A DNA stretch of 64,000 nt from Candidatus Bathycorpusculum acetigenes (lineage in GTDB: Archaea; Thermoproteota; Bathyarchaeia; Bathyarchaeales; Bathycorpusculaceae), in assembly GCA_009781675.1 (NCBI GenBank), contig WQVG01000003.1:3117-67116 (forward strand), given 5' to 3'. Positions 63,596 through 64,000 of the stretch are shown one piece after another; the first letter of the stretch is position 1, and each line of letters starts with the position of its first letter. The notes below the pieces were generated by a model. That model saw only the letters and a program-made list of their open reading frames with translations. It searched no databases and had not been told where the DNA came from. Made by a program: the position numbers and the translations under genes.

Positions 63596-64000
63596 TTGTT
63601 CGGCTATGCAGGAAGAGTTTTGTATGTCGATTTAAACACCGGTAAAACTCGCACCGAAAAACTTTCCGAAGAAACTGCAAAGAAATACATCGGCGGCATA
63701 GGTTTAGGCATGCACTTTTACTTGTCTAACTCTAAAGCTGTAACGGATCCTTTGAGCCCTGAAAACCCGCTTGTTCTCGCGCTTGGACCCCTCGCAGGGA
63801 CTATGTTTCCAACAGGCGGAAACGGTCATGCATTTATTTCAAAGTCACCTCAAACAGGTGGAGTCGGTGAAGCCGTAGGTCATGGCACCTTTGGTACCGA
63901 ACTCAAACGAGCTGGATACGACGCCGTAATCATAACAGGCCAAGCAAAAAAACCGGTTTTCCTCTGGATAGACGACGACTCTGTCAAGTTACCTGACGCC
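63596..64000 (+). CDS. aor: Tungsten-type aldehyde:ferredoxin oxidoreductase (AOR family), N-terminal part; continues beyond the window
   Basis: FGYAGRVLYVDLNTGK...YIGGIGLG...NPLVLALGPLAGT...ELKRAGYDAVIITG. TTG start with GGAG 10 nt upstream. Confidence 0.85.
   Translation, partial: MFGYAGRVLYVDLNTGKTRTEKLSEETAKKYIGGIGLGMHFYLSNSKAVTDPLSPENPLVLALGPLAGTMFPTGGNGHAFISKSPQTGGVGEAVGHGTFGTELKRAGYDAVIITGQAKKPVFLWIDDDSVKLPDA

Noticed and set aside
1-64000. CRISPR arrays, rRNA genes, toxin-antitoxin pairs, restriction-modification or other named defence systems
   Set aside because: I saw no regularly spaced direct repeats of CRISPR type, no rRNA-like sequence, and no signature motifs for these systems while reading the window and the ORF translations. 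A computational scan would be needed to exclude short or degenerate instances.

Overview
Archaeal chromosomal segment. The assignment rests on archaeal-type information-processing genes (aIF6, L31e, L39e, S19e, aIF1/SUI1, TFB, an EF-2-like GTPase), PurP-type purine synthesis, and three tRNA genes that encode their 3' CCA. Gene content suggests an anaerobic, probably uncultivated archaeon, but the lineage cannot be fixed from this window. Core content: a conserved S19e / PDCD5-like / L39e / L31e / aIF6 cluster; a five-gene NuoE/NuoF/HoxU/HoxY/HoxH-type NAD(P)-linked [NiFe]-hydrogenase operon; purC-purP-purP and a separate purE; HdrC/HdrB-like genes next to a hydrogenase maturation protease; a paaK-iorA-iorB operon; OGG1-type glycosylase; MsrB; an M24B peptidase; and the start of an aldehyde:ferredoxin oxidoreductase. 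Accessory content: a decayed IS630-family element inserted into a decayed paralog of a secreted-protein gene; a UvrD helicase fused to a Cas4-like nuclease; and several cassettes pairing a membrane-anchored winged-helix regulator with a secreted protein. Downstream of tRNA-Cys (about 37-45.4 kb) lies an accessory region with two multi-zinc-ribbon proteins, a 453-aa unknown, and a translationally coupled trio: DUF350-like membrane protein, GspS/YjfC-family ATP-grasp ligase, and an unknown 253-aa protein. I consider that trio the best candidate for an uncharacterised system. Other notable points: an EF-2 paralog lacking the diphthamide motif; an IorA with an inserted 16-Cys ferredoxin module; a HoxF N-terminal domain with no canonical start codon; and a promoter/5'UTR/signal-peptide module shared by two otherwise different secreted-protein genes 29 kb apart. 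No CRISPR array and no rRNA gene were seen. All functional calls come from motif recognition by eye. No database search was run.
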